From NCBI RefSeq assembly GCF_006345805.1, contig NC_043004.1:41292001-41356000 (forward strand): DNA of 64,000 nucleotides, written 5' to 3'. How positions within the stretch are numbered: the stretch's first letter is position 1; the number at the start of each line of letters is the position of its first letter. The notes below the pieces were generated by a model. That model was not told where the DNA came from and searched no databases. It saw only the letters and a list, made by a program, of their open reading frames with translations. Below, piece after piece: positions 25,994 through 40,000 of this stretch. Made by a program: the position numbers and the translations under genes. The DNA is from Octopus sinensis. Lineage: Eukaryota.

Positions 25994-26380
25994 TGTCGAT
26001 ATTTTAAGTGTGTATGTACATCTACTTTCGCTGCTGCCCACTATTCCTGAAAGAGTCTTGAAGGTAGAGTCTACAAGCACTTCCTCCATAGGTTCCTATC
26101 AGAAACAATGGCCATTCAATTTTCCTGCTGAATTTCCAGGCGTGATCAACTGAGACTATGGCTATTATCTAACCATCTCATTCGCGGTCCCTTAGATCTC
26201 CGCCCGGTTGGCTGGGTTTGAAGAATGTGTCTTGCGATCCTTTCCTGAGACATTGTAACAAAGCAGAGAAGTAGCGACTCGACCTATAGATACCCGTTGA
26301 TACCGCAGCTGCGTACCCTGTCGGGTAAAGTTACTTCAGAGAACCTTCGGCCGCTTGTATTCGCAATCTTACACCTTACA

Positions 26381-26698
26381 CTTTTCAGTTTGAACGGCAG
26401 TTTTTAACATAATTTGTTGTTTTTTTCTTCAATTTCTGCAATTTCAACCAATCAATTACGTCTATTGAGTTAAAAAGCATTATGTGCCGTATGAATATGT
26501 CCCTCGTTTAAGAAACAGATTGGGTTTATTTACATTTGTGAAGAAGAAAAAAAAGATACCCTCCCACCCCCACCCCTAACCCTAACCCTAACCCTTAAAC
26601 AGATTGAAATGCAATAGATCGATACTAAGGTCATAATTATGGGTGACAATTTCATATGACACCGCTAGAAAAAACTGCTGTTCAAACCGAAAAGATCC
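26381..26698. mobile_element. GGATC-TIR MITE form A, internally deleted, reverse orientation
   Basis: Matches the consensus; one terminus clipped. Confidence 0.88.
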
Positions 26699-27070
26699 CA
26701 ATTTTGATACAGTCTTCAGAGTCCAATCAATTTTGTTAAAGAGTTTTGTTAAAGAGTTATTGAATAACTACTTAAATCTACTTAGACAAGGCAAAAACAC
26801 GTGTGTCAAAAATAAGGTTAAGGCGGGTAATAGACAGCTGATAAATAATGTTTAGTCACTTGACAACACCTTAGCAACCAAATTATTTGTAGTTCAAAAT
26901 GGCGTGACGTCCCTTTAACACGTCCATTACATTGGACAGATGCAGTGTTGTCAGAAGAAAAATTTCTGTCGTAACAAGGAACACGTTTTTATATAATTTT
27001 ACTTATGTCTAATGAGTCCTCATTACCCACAAGAATTTCATTTTTACTCCGGTTCGCCGATCCCTGAATT

Positions 27071-27605
27071 AAGGCGGCGAGCTGGCAGAAACGTTAGCAC
27101 GCCGGGCGAAAAGCGTAGCCGCATTTCGTCTGCCTTTATGTTCTGGGTTCAAATTCCACCGAGGTCGACTTTGCCTTTTGTCCTTTCAGGGTCGATAAAT
27201 TAAGTACCAGTTACGCACGGGGGTCGATGTAATCGACTTAATCCGTTTGTTTGTCCTTGTTTATCCCCCCTCTGTGTTTAGCCCCTTGTGGGTAGTAAAG
27301 AAACAGGTATTTCGTCTGCCGCTACGTCCTGAGTTCAAATTCCGCCGAGGTCGACTTAATCTGTTTGTCTGTCCTTGTTTGTCCTCTCTTTGTTTAGCCC
27401 CTTGTGGGTAGTAAAGAAATAGGCATTTCGTCTGCCGTTACGTTCTGAGTTCAAATTCCGCCGAGGTTGACTTTACCTTTCATCCTTTTGGGGTCGTTAA
27501 ATTAAGTACCATGTACGAACTGGGGTCGATGTAATCGACTTAATCCCTTTGTCTGTCCTTGTTTGCCCCCTCTATGCTTGACCCCTTGTGGGCAATAAAG
27601 AAATA
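27071..27605 (+). mobile_element. Head-to-tail array of three SINE X units followed by a host SINE head
   Basis: Junctions gaaaca|ggtatt (~27305), gaaata|ggcatt (~27421), gaaata|agaatcgttagc (27605). Confidence 0.88.
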
Positions 27606-27671
27606 AGAATCGTTAGCACGCAGGGCAAAATGCTTTGTGGTATTTCTTCCGGCTTTGCGTTCTGATTTAAA

Positions 27672-27987
27672 TTAGGGTTAGGTTAGTGGTGGCTGGAAGG
27701 GTATCTTTTTTTCTTCACAAATGTAAATAAACCCTATCTGTTTCTTAAACGAGGAACATATTCATACGGCACAGAATGTTGTTTACCTCAATAAACGTCA
27801 GTGATTGGTTGAAATTGCAGAAATTGAAGAAAAAAAAACAACAAATATCTTACAAACTATAGAATTTTCTCAATAAAGCCAAGAGAAAAAGATGTTTTAT
27901 AAACACATTCTACCAGTATACGAAGTTTAAAATTTTTTAGTTACCAAGAAATTATGTTAAAAACTGCTGTTCAAACTGAAATGATCC
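27672..27987. mobile_element. GGATC-TIR MITE form A, left end missing
   Basis: Starts at the ttaggg tract; ends aaactgctgttcaaactgaaatgatcc. Confidence 0.85.
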
Positions 27988-29288
27988 TTGCTCTGGCATC
28001 AAAATGCCCCAATTTTGATGTAATTGTAAAAGAAAATGCAACATCATTTCTCCAAAACTTGAAGGGGAAAAGTTTCATAATGAGGATATTAATTTATTTT
28101 ATAGCGTTTGTCTTATACGTTTTATATTTATAATTGCATTCTCCATATAAATAGATTCAAAGAATCTATGATTCTCTACTTTTCGAATTAAGGGGTGGGG
28201 TAACGTCAGGGTAAATAAATATATTTTGGGATAATTGGTTTAAAAAAGTTCCCCGACCCCTGCCTTAGTTGAATATCGAAATATTGGTTTCAAATTTTGG
28301 CACAAGGCCCAGTAATTTCGAGGGAAAGGGTACGTTGATCACATCGACACTTGTGTTCAACTGAAAGGACGAAAGCCGTCCCCGGCGACATTTGAACACA
28401 GAACGTAAAGTCGAAAGAAATGTTCCCGATGCGGTTACGATTCTCCCAGCTCACTACCTTATGAATACTGAAATATCGGTTTCAAATTTTGGCCTAAGGC
28501 CAGTATTTTCTGGATGGTCACGTTTGGGATGGTTTCCATCAAAGATCATCTGTTCGATAAATGGAGACTTTGGGATAAAAAGCAGCTTTGTAATACTTTC
28601 CAGTTTTAAAATAAGTGTAGGTATATTATCTTAGGTATACTATCTAAAAAAAAAAATGGGATGGTCACAAAGGGAACGCCTCTGACCATTTTTCTGTCCA
28701 ATCAGGGCTGACTGAAGTCTTTCAAATGAGAGAAGAATCTCGAAAGAACATGGTGTCGAAGTGTCAACAGAAATTCTATGCCGATTTCAAAATGGCACGA
28801 TATTGATATGATATATAAAAACAGCCTTGTGATATTTTAGTGACTTTGAAGAGAGTCTTTTCTGCTATGAAGTTGTGTATTTAACTAGAGCAACCATATA
28901 TTTCACTATAATTTATAGATATAAGTAAATAACTTTAGCGACATCAGTTTAGTTGTGATTTGAAGAAATGAAAAAGCAAAAATAAAAATAAAATATGAAA
29001 AATCTCTTTTCTACTTTATATATTTGTATATATATATATATGTATGTGTGCATATATGTGTGTGTGTGTCGTTTCTCCTTCTCTCTTTAGATTAAATCTT
29101 TTCATTAATCCACTCCACCTCTCCTGCTAAGAATTTCTCTATCTTCAAACAATATCTCTCTATGCACCTCGTCTCACCAAATCTCCGTATTTATAACCTA
29201 CTCACTCTCCGTGTTGTAATTCTCACACTCCTCGCATATATACGTGTACGCGCGTGTGTACGTACGTACGTATATATATATATATATA

Positions 29289-29324
<36 letters not shown>

Positions 29325-29788
29325 TCTCACTCACTCTCTCCTGCTTTCTAAAACGTGACTCTCTCTCTCTCTCACACTTTCAATATGAATCATTCTCACT
29401 TCTTTCCTACTGTCAATGTGAAATTCTCTTTTAAAAACCTCTGTCTATATACGTACACAGACATACATATACTCTCAAATTATCTACTTATGATATTTTA
29501 TAAGTTTCTTTCTCTTTCTCTTTCGCCATTTGTAATATCAGTGTATTCGTTTTCATATTGTATATTATCTTATGAAAGTAATTTCCGGCCATTTTATTAT
29601 AGTTATTTTTTCTCTTTCTCTTTCCTTCTAAACTCTGGAAAAGTATCTCGTTTCGGTTATTCGTTGTGTATTTTGCATTTTATGAAATGTTAAGGTCGTT
29701 CATCCTATAATCGTCACACGACATATTTTTAAACAAAGCTTCCCCACCCCTAAAAACACCAATTAAGTAAATATACGACTAAAATTTC

Positions 29789-30207
29789 GGTTTGAACGGC
29801 AGTTTTTAACATAATTTCTAGGTAACTAAAAAATTTTAAACTTCGTATACTGGTAGAATGTGTTTATAAAGCATCTTTTTCTCTTGGCTTTATTGAGAAA
29901 ATTCTATACTTTGTAAGATATTTGTTGTTTTTTTTCTTCAATTTCTGCAATTTCAACCAATCGATGACGTCCATTGAGGTAAAAAAAAAAAGCATTGTGT
30001 GCCGTATGAAAATGTCCTTCGTTTAAGAAACAGATTGGGTTTATTTACATTTGTGAAGAAAAAAAAAGATACCCTTCCCCTAACCTTAACTAACCCTAAC
30101 CCTAAAACAGATTGAAATGCAATAAAATCGATACTAGGGTCATAATTATGGGTGACAATTTCATATGACACCGCTAGAAAAAACTGCCGTTCAAACCGAA
30201 AAGATCC
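29789..30207. mobile_element. GGATC-TIR MITE form A, reverse orientation, TSD aaaatttc
   Basis: aaaatttc at 29781-29788 and 30208-30215; first 10 bp of the TIR missing at a tttc microhomology. Confidence 0.88.
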
Positions 30208-30692
30208 AAAATTTCCACTGAATGTAAATAAAATTAAATGAGTCTCTCTTTTTACTTGTTACTGTCACTGGACTGCAACCATACTGAGACACTGCCTTGC
30301 ATGGTTTTAATCAGACGAGTTCACTCCTTTTAAAGCCTAATACATATTTTATCAGCCTCTTTAGCCGAACTGCTAAGTTACGGGAACATAAACAAACCAA
30401 AACCGGTTGTCAAGCGGTAGTGGGGGACAGTCACACACATAGACAGACAGATAGATATAGATATGTACTTCAAATTTACAAAAACCGAAGACAGGTGAGG
30501 GAACAAGAAGTAGGTGTATTAGTTTGACGCTTGGGAAGAATGGAAATGTCTTTGACATTTCGAGCCAATGCTCTTCGATAGAAAGGAATGAGAGGGTAGA
30601 AATGGTGTAAGAGTGTGGGGGGGGACGGAGAGAGAAAACATGTCGGAATCAACGGTTTCACATGAATATATATATATATATATATATATATA

Positions 30693-31205
30693 CCGTAAAT
30701 CCTCGAGTATAGTCCGCTCTTGAGTATAATACGCAGGGGATTTTTAGGGGGCTGTACCTCTGAAAAACCTAAACCTTGTGTATAATACGCACCCCCTTTT
30801 AACTTGAGTCAAGGAGGTCTATATAACGTCCTTGGTTTGTAAAACTGTATACGGTAATATCCTTTATTATTATTGTATATATAACATAATGCAAACGTGT
30901 AGCTTTTTTGTGCATTTTGTTTGCAGAAAATAAAGAAATAACAGTAATAACGTTTAATAAATGTTGCTTACTGCAAGTCATGGATGATTCTTTTATGACT
31001 TCATTGCTTTCAGGCTTAGCTTAAGGTATTTTCGCGCCCGACATCACAAAATGCGTTTGAATAAATATTGCCGGGCAGCAAATAGAGACTCGGACATTGC
31101 TTAGGTAATATTTTTTATTTTTAACCTCGTATATAGTACGCACTAGGGATTTTGACCATTAAATTTGGGAGGGGGGGAATGCGGATTATACTCGAGGATT
31201 TACGG
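30693..31205. mobile_element. Tc2/pogo-like MITE, TA TSD
   Basis: TIR ccgtaaatcctcgagtata / tatactcgaggatttacgg flanked by TA; second copy in opposite orientation at 39505-40000. Confidence 0.88.
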
Positions 31206-31214
31206 TATATATAA

Positions 31215-31245
<31 letters not shown>

Positions 31246-31254
31246 TGTATGTCT

Positions 31255-31605
31255 TAAGGCTGTATCATGCGCGGGGACAGAAATAATCGGACTGAATACC
31301 CGATCGCGCGGTTAGACCATTGGGAGTGAAGGACTCCTAGCCTTTGTTAGGGCATCCTTCTAGGAGAAGGTAACTCAGATAACTGGGATAACTCCGACAT
31401 AAAGCCTTCGGCTCAGTGGTTACCGATGATGTTGACTTCTTCTTTTCGGATTATGGCTGCCGTTACTTAGTGAGTGGGATTGACTCAGTGCACAGCCTTT
31501 CCTCACTTTAAAAAGAATCTTCTTGCACAGGCATTGCACGATAACAACATTGATTAAGCTTCGTGCAATGGCCATACTCGACAACGAGGGGGAAGCCACC
31601 ACCAT
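31255..31605. repeat. GC-richer interspersed repeat, possibly RTE 5'-UTR-related
   Basis: Contains gggcatccttctaggagaaggtaactc, reminiscent of RTE 5' UTR motifs; bounded by microsatellites. Confidence 0.35.
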
Positions 31606-31627
31606 GTATGTATGTATGTATGTATGT

Positions 31628-31667
<40 letters not shown>

Positions 31668-32528
31668 ATGTATAAATATGTATGTATGTATGTATAAATA
31701 TGTATGTATGTATGTATAAATATGTATGTATGTGTTATGTGTAGTTTGGGTTCTAATGGGAAAGACAACCAAATGAAAACCATTGTTATTGTTACGTGTT
31801 TATTTACTTCTCATGTTACACGGACTCGACATTCAGCGTAGTAATACATTATATACTTTACACACAGTTTGTACTGTTCACTAACAAAATAGTGCCAAGA
31901 GTGGGGATGTAGTTTGGCATACGTAAACACATAGATATGAATGTGTAACAGTATGTACGTATAAATATGCATGTATGTATGTATGTATGTATGTATGTAC
32001 ACACAATAGACGTTCATCTAAATTAGCAAACGATGCCGATCTTTATTCATATTCAGTGACGTAGAGACTGTAAATATCTTAGCTGACGCACAAGATGCAA
32101 TTATAAACATTATTTACAGGTGTTGACTATTATGCTTAATTAAACTGACTTAATTAGTTTTATGCTTATAAAAATAAACATGAGAGTCTGGGGTTAATGA
32201 AACCGAATTAATTGCTGTTCCATACTATATTTGATAATCGTTGTTTATATATGCTGACTATTATGAATAATTACACGTGTTTGATGGCAGTGTAAGACAA
32301 TTAAGAGAGTTTAAAAGAAAAAAAGAAAGGGGGACAATTTTTTAGAAATTGTTTAAGAAATTTCAAAAACCGCTTAAAGAAAAAAAATACTTTAAAATAT
32401 ATCTTGATAAAAAAAAATATATTAGAAACACTGAGCTAAGTTGCTAGTAAGAAAATCTAAGAGATAAAAGTAGTAACTATTCTGAAAAGTAATGTCTGTT
32501 ACAACTTCAACATAGCAACAAATATTAG

Positions 32529-32952
32529 GGATCTTTTCGGTTTGAACGGCAGCTTTTTCTAGCAGTGTCATATGAAATTGTCACCCATAATTATGACCCT
32601 AGTATCGATCTATTGCATTCCAATCTGTTTTAGGATTAGGGTTAGAGGTGGGGGGGAGGGGTATCATTTTTTCTTCAGAAATGTAAATAAACCCGGATCT
32701 TTTCGGTTTGAACGGCAGTTTTTTAAAATAATTTCCACGTAACTAAACACTTTTAAACTTCGTATACTGGTAGAATGTGTTTATAAACATATTTTTCTCT
32801 TCGCTTTATTGAGAAAATTCTATAGTTTGTAAGATATTTACTGTTTTTTTCTTCAATTTCTGCAATTTCAACCAATCAATGACGTCTATTGAGGTGAAAA
32901 CATTCTGTGCCGTATGAAAATGTCCCTCGTTTAAGAAACAGATTGGGTTTAT
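32529..32952. mobile_element. GGATC-TIR MITE form A with its right half inverted
   Basis: Left half ends at ataaaccc (32687-32694); right TIR starts at 32695; inverted segment ends at gggtttat (32945-32952). Confidence 0.9.
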
Positions 32953-34490
32953 GGACCTTTTCCTTTTGAACGGCAGTTTTCAACACAATTTCTAGTTAAC
33001 TAAACACTTTTAAACTTCGTATACTGGTAGAATGTGTCTCAAAATAAAACATTTGGATCTTTTCCTTTTGAACGGCACATGTCAACACAATTTCTAGTTA
33101 ACTAAACACTTTAAAACTTCATATACTGGTAAAATGTGTCAAAATAAAACATTTTTTTCGCTTGGCTTTCTTGATAAAATTGTAATTCGTTTGTTTAACG
33201 TAGTTTAATTTTTCGAATTTTAACTAATCAATTGCCTCTAATTGAGCTAAAATCATTTGCTGCGTCTAAAACTGAGACAACATCCTGTCACTAATCCTAA
33301 CCTTCACCCTAAATTTTAGCCTTTGGTTTTTTTTCTTTTTCTTAATTGTTAAATTAATTTAAGGATAACAATTAAGAAAAAAAAAAACGAAAGGCTAAAA
33401 CGAAAGCAATGGAAAATAATTTAAACAATTAACAAGCAAAATAATTCTATAATTTTATACACACGTTTTCCGTACGTATATATAACGAAAGGCTAAGACG
33501 AAAGCAACAACTCAAAACAAAAACAAAATGAATAATTTTAGACACACGCGTAACAATTAAATTAATTTAACAATTCGAAAGGCTAAAATTTAGGGTTAGG
33601 GTTAGGGTTAGTGACAGGATGTTGTCTCAGTTTTAGACGCAGCAAATGATTTTAGCTCAATAGAGGGGATAAGATTGGTTAAAATTCGAAACATTAAACA
33701 ACGTTAAACAAACAAATTACAATTTTCTCAATAAAGCCAAGAGAAAAAAATGTTTTATTTTGACACATTCTACCAGTATACGAAGTTTTAATGTGTTTAG
33801 TTAACTAGAATTTGTGTTGACATGTGCCTATCAAAAGGAAAAGATCCAAACATTTTTTTCTATTGGCTTTCTTGAAAATTGTAATTTGTAAGTTTAACGT
33901 AGTTTAATTTTTCGAATTTTAACCAATCAATGGCCTCTATTGAGCTAAAGTCATTTGCTGTGTCTAAAACTGAGACAACATCCTGTCACTAACCCTAACC
34001 CTAAATTTTAGCCTTTCGAATTGTTAAATTAATTTAATTGTTACGCGTGTGTCTAAAATTATTCATTTTGTTTTTTGTTTTGTTTTTTTTTAGTTTTTGT
34101 TTTGAGATACACGTGTATTGTTTAAACTATTTTCCATTGCTTAAGAAAAAAAAACGAAAGGCTAAAACGAAAGCAATGGAAAATAATTTAAACAATTAAC
34201 AAACAAAATAATTCTATAATTTTATACACACGCTTTCCGTATGTAAACATAATAGCGACAGGATGTTGTCTCAGTTTTAGACGCAGCAAATGATTTTAGC
34301 TCAATAGAGGCCATTGATTGGTTAAAATTAGAAAAATTAAACTATGTTAAACTTACAAATTTCAATTTCCTCAAGAAAGCCAAGAGAAAAAAATGTTTTA
34401 TTTTGACACATTCTACCAGTATACGAAGTTTAAAAGTGTTTAGTTTACTAGAAATTGTGTTGAAAACTGCCGTTCAAAAGGAAAAGATCC
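32953..34490. mobile_element. Long fold-back form B of the GGATC family (host copy B1)
   Basis: ggaccttttccttttgaacggcag...ctgccgttcaaaaggaaaagatcc; long inverted arms; interrupted by B2. Confidence 0.9.
33055..33847. mobile_element. Fold-back form B copy (B2) nested in B1, 8-bp TSD aaacattt
   Basis: TSD at 33047-33054 and 33848-33855; inverted arms of roughly 270 bp. Confidence 0.93.
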
Positions 34491-37091
34491 AGGGTTTCTG
34501 TTATCTTCAGAAATGTAAACAAAGTCACATGTGTACCTATACCGAAGCATCGCCAAAAATCATGTTTTTGGGACTAGTGTATATCACAAAAACATTTGGC
34601 TGAAGTAACATCAATAACGCAGCAAGGAAGATCCCACAGTCTCATGTCATCGTGTTCCACTTAAGAATAAGATTGATATTAAGAAAATGGCGTCAACATC
34701 ATGTGACCAAAACTATGTGGAAACATATAAGGTATGGCTTCGAAACTATTAAGTTTCTTGTGCAAATGCATTTACCATAACTTCAGATTTATCCAAGCCT
34801 TGTGAGTAGATAAAAACTATATAGAAAGCCATCGGGTGGATTATACAATTTCATCCATTTCACAAAAACTGAATCTATAACTGCACTCTTTAGCAAAGGC
34901 TGAATTATTCTAGAATTACACACTTGTATTTTGTATAAAACCAAATTTTACGCTGGAATAATTTAAATGGGGATAAAAGCGATAAAAAATAAATAACAGT
35001 TTGAGAACCACGGCTGTAGAATGTAAATATATTATTCACATATGATTTCCTATTCAGTTTTGTTTTGTGTTGTGCTGTGTAATATAAAAGCAAGACTCCA
35101 TACTGAAATTGCACAAACCTATACTCTTTAGAAGGAAAATATTTAACAAAAGAATTCGTATATTATACAGCATTTAAAATCAACCCTCCAACTCAATCCT
35201 CCTCTTTTCCTCAACATACTTCTTCATATTTCTCATACATAGCTCTGAGTTCAAATTCCTTTAAAGATCGCTTTTGCCCAACCTAAACATTAACTCATCA
35301 ACTCAAAAAAAAACATCTTTATCTGATCACATATGGTCTTTAAAATCCTCTAATATTTCATATACCATATCTTAGAAAATCGTTTTAAAAGTTAAATCAT
35401 ATCAATACAACAACAAACCACGCCAACTATGGGCTTATGAGTTCAACGAAAAACTATTTGCAAAGTTAAAACTATTTCTGTATTAAGTCCTTCCACACAA
35501 CAGATATTTAAAAAAATACGTATATGCCAAAAGGCATATTTGGGGTACTTAAGTGTGCTCATAACTTAGTGTTTGCTTCTTCCATTAGTATAAGTATTTC
35601 ATTTATTTCATACCGTATTTATCGCTGACGAGGAGTAAATTCTTATGAATTAACTCTGAAATTGGGACCGATACGATGATAACGGAATTTTTTAGAAATT
35701 TCTGTCGGCTTACTTCGAGACGCGTGCTTATAGTGATAAATTATATGGTTATTGCCGATTTGTCTATTTTCAGCATATTTGGCATTAGAATTTATTTCTT
35801 TTGCCCTTGTTTATAAGTTTTATATATATAACGTCCACACATAGACGCGCGTGTGCATACATACACACACACATACATACGTACGTACATACACAATTCT
35901 TGAGAGACAAGAAGAGGGAAAACTCAACCAGCCAGTGTTTATAACTCAAAAAGTAAGTATGAAAAAAGGAAGAATAAGTGACGTCACAAACAATCTCTAA
36001 CAGTGACTGTAATCCGACGAAACGCCTACAGAGAATTTGAACGTCTGACCTGTTAAGATGACTGACGAATGGGAAAATATTTGAAATTACTTCATCATTT
36101 ATTCTTCATTTTTTTTATTTTTTAGTTTAATTTATTTTATTTTTTATCTTCGTGGTTTGAACGTAGAAAAAAAGGATAAAACATATTTCTTGATTAAACG
36201 ATAGAACATCTACATTAGACATCAGCAACCTTTATCGAGAAGCGAGCCGCATGAGTTGTGGCTCATCATCAGGCGGGCCGCACAACTAAAAACGTATATA
36301 AATAAAAAAATTAAAAAGATCAGGGTAATTTTTTGTTAGACTAATTATTCTGACCGCAGTTTGCTCGATGTAGATTCCATATATTCGGTCACTTGGCTAG
36401 AAATAACAGCATATGTCCTTCAAACTACCAGACTCTATTGTCCTTTAAAAGGAAGAAAACATTGTAAGATGTAGTCCTAGATATATATATATATATATAC
36501 AAAAAGACGGGATGGTCACGCATGACATGTCTTTGACCTTGGGAAGGAATCTTTTGAAAATGAAACTCCAATAAAATTTATTTACATTAAAAATACAAAA
36601 AAAAAAATTTAATTAAAACATTGAAATAGTTTAAGGATTCGAATATCGATCTCAATTTTAATTGTATCCGAATTCCATTTAAGTTACAATATATGCAGTT
36701 TCTTTTTAAAATTCAGCCCCACCTATTTTGTTTACTTAGATTCTCGTACAAAAACTGGAATTGAAATTCTTCACTTTTGGAATGCATATAAGCATCAAAT
36801 TATCTCTTAATACCAACCTAACCATTCCAGTAATGAAGTCACTGCGGGAAAAGTTTACCACTTGCTTGATGAACGAATGAAAAAACAAGAGAGAGAGAGG
36901 AAGAAAGGGATAAAATGAGAGAGCTAGAGAAAAAAAGAAAGATGATGAAAGAAAGAGCCAAATTAAAGAAAGGGACAAAAGAGAAAGAGAGAGACAAAGG
37001 GATAGAGGTCGATGTACAGAAATATAGTGAGAGAGAAAGAGAGAGAGGGGGTACAGAAAAGAAAAAAACTATAATCTTGAAAAATCCTTTC

Positions 37092-37482
37092 GGATCTTTT
37101 CGGCAGTTTTTAACATAATTCCTAGGTAACTAAAAAAATGTTAAACTTCGTATACTGGTAGAATGTGGTTATAAAACATCTTTTTATCTTGGCTTTATTG
37201 AGAAAATTCTATGGTTTGTAAGATATTTGTTGTTTTTTCTTCAATTTCTGCAATTTCAACCAATCACTGAAGTCTATTGAGGTAAAAAAAAACATTCTGT
37301 GCCGTATGAATATGTCCCTCGTTTAAGAAACAGATTGGGTTTATTTACATTTGTGAAGAAAAAAAGATACCCTCCCCCTACCCCTAACCCTAAAAGAGAT
37401 TGAAATGCAATAGGTCGATACTATGGGTGACAATTTCAAATGACACCGCTAGAAAAAACTGCCGTTCAAACCGAAAAGATCC
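37092..37482. mobile_element. GGATC-TIR MITE form A, reverse orientation, small deletions
   Basis: Both termini present; no TSD. Confidence 0.88.
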
Positions 37483-37841
37483 ATCATCGAACTCAGTATT
37501 TGACTGGTATTTTATTTTATGCTGCAGTTTGCCTGCTTGACGTCTTGGACTCCACTCGTTAAATTTACGAACAAATCTTGTGTATTCCGGGATGTCTGGA
37601 TAGGAGAAAATCCGAATTAGTACTGTTAAGTACCAGGGTCGATTTTCTATAATACAGAATAAATGTGAATGGAATTATAATATACTAGCTTAAAAGTCGC
37701 ACCCCGGGCGGACTTTTAGCCTAGCTCCTACAGAGGGCTAAATGGTCCTGCAGCCCTAAATTAAAGACAGCTATAATGACTAATATACTCCGGTGGAGTC
37801 TGATCAGAGGTTAAGGACGGGTGAGAATTAATTCTGTAATG

Positions 37842-38454
37842 CAGTAGTTCCCAAACTTTTAAGAGTCGCGACCCACTATTTATCACACCAGTTTATGACG
37901 ACCCACTTAACTCTACTGAGTAAAAACAGTAATGAAATTAACAAATTTATTTCAGCTTACATCTTCAGTGAGGCCTGTGAGAAGGATGAGCCTGTTTCTT
38001 GCTACGCTCAATAATAGAATTAACATCAGGTTCAATGCATGATGGTTTCAGGCGTAAAGAATTTGAGAGCTGCAGTTTATTTCGATATTTGCTTATAATC
38101 CCAACCATTGCTGCCGATAACAGTAGTAACTGTTATCGACTGTTATCGGCTCGATCAGTGTTATACTTCGCCTAGTTAAAGTTCTCAATAAATAGGTAAA
38201 AACAGACCTTTCCTTTTTACGATTACGTACGAATAAATAACTTGAGAAAATGACAATCTCTGATTTGTTAAGTTCGTGAAAAAGCCTATTGCTTGATAAA
38301 ACAACAAGTCTGGTATTGAAAACATAAGTCTTGAACTATCTCGATAGACAGCAGTTAATCAAAGCTAATGCGTAATTTTATAACTTTTTGCGACCCACTA
38401 AGATTCCGTTCGCGACCCATCTGTGGGTCGCGACTCATAGTTTGGGAACCACTG
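37842..38454. mobile_element. hAT (Charlie-like) MITE
   Basis: TIR cagtagttcccaaact / agtttgggaaccactg; 8-bp TSD ctgtaatg at 37834-37841 and 38455-38462; gcgaccca subterminal repeats. Confidence 0.92.
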
Positions 38455-38939
38455 CTGTAATGCAATCATTCTATTGTTCCAATCCCAAGTTGAATTTCAA
38501 CAGTTGGCCAATTTGTCCCAAAGTTCTTAATCTCGACGTAAAATTCCCGAAGCGAATGTTATTTATCTCCCCCTTGATCTCTGATGTCATCTGACAAACG
38601 CCAACCAAGATGGTGTGAATCAACCAAGCTTTATCTGCTAGAAATAGCAACCCAAATGCTTTTAAATCAAATCCCAATGCTGGATGTTCATGAACTAAAT
38701 GAAGGGCAGATTTTCAGTCCTGAGATCATCCTGGTTCTAAAAAGGTATAATATGTCTATGTAGAGCAAATATAAATTGAGATACAGGGGTCCCAGACGGA
38801 CAGACAGAATTTCACTTTTTTATTATTATAGAAGATGGTTAATACACTGTTTAGTGTCGTAAAAAAAAGAGTGACGGTTAATTGCACTAGAACTTACAAT
38901 ACTGAAGTCCCTTAACGGCGTAACTACATGTACCCGTTT

Positions 38940-39209
38940 CTTCTTCTCACTGCATTCACCCAGGGTGGGTTGAGCTGGCTTCATTTATCCTCAATGCTGC
39001 ATCTCTCACAAACGCCGACCCGGAGATCTCCAATCACTCCTTATTCCAGCGGCGAACGCCGTAGATATGGGAGCCTAGGTTGGGTTCCAGATCAGCCTTG
39101 ACCGTCATCAGCCAGGTTTTTCGTTGTCCAACACGACGCTTTCGCCAATCCTGAAGGGGAGCTGGGGCAATTGCTTCGTAGATGAATTCTCCTGGCTTCA
39201 ACTATTCCT
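38940..39209 (-). mobile_element. RTE-clade LINE 3' end, 13-bp TSD
   Basis: KTWLMTVKADLEP.LG..IYGVRRWNKE; gaagaag tail; catgtacccgttt at 38927-38939 and 39210-39222. Confidence 0.85.
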
Positions 39210-39504
39210 CATGTACCCGTTTAAATAGTATCTTCTAGTGATACCACGAGCATTTCTGAAATAGTAGCTGAGGAACCCTGCAGCAACGTAGTATATCCAA
39301 CAATGAACACCAGTAAAAAAAAAAAGCCACAGGGACTTATTTGATATCCAATGGGTGAGCTTGCTATGCTAAATTTAGGCCACATATATAGTTGTGAAGT
39401 ATTTATATTTTGTTGATCCAACGATGAGAACATCCACACAAAGATTATCGAAGGACGGTAGATGTTTGCCCAGGACATCAGCTTATAATACAGAGCGAGC
39501 GATA

Positions 39505-40000
39505 CCGTAAATCCTCGAGTATAATCCGCATTTCCCCCAAAAATTTAAAGGTCAAAATCCCTAGTGCGTATTATACACGAGGTTAAAAATGAAAATTATT
39601 TTCTAAGCAATGTCCGAGTCTCTATTTGCTGTCCGGCAATGTTTATTCAGACGCATTTTGTGATGTCGGGCGCGAAAATACCTTAAGCTAAGCCTGAAAG
39701 CAATGAAGTCATAAAAGAATAATCCATGACTTGCAGTAAACAACATTTATTAAACGTTATTACTGTTATTTCTTTATTTTCTGCAAACAAAATGCACAAA
39801 AAGCTACATTATGTTATATATACAATAAGGACGTTACTGTTTACATTTTTACAAACCAAGGACGTTATATAGACCTCCTTGACTCATGTTAGAGAAGGGG
39901 GTGCGTATTATACACAAGGTTTAGGTTTTTCAGAGGTACAGCCCCCTAAAAAAACCCTGCGTATTATACTCGAGGGCGGACTATACTCGAGGATTTACGG
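39505..40000. mobile_element. Tc2/pogo-like MITE, TA TSD
   Basis: Inverted sister of 30693-31205. Confidence 0.88.

Noticed and set aside
25995-26380. GC-richer segment, possibly a retroelement remnant
   Set aside because: No diagnostic motif in the minus-strand frames I translated or in the listed plus-strand ORF.
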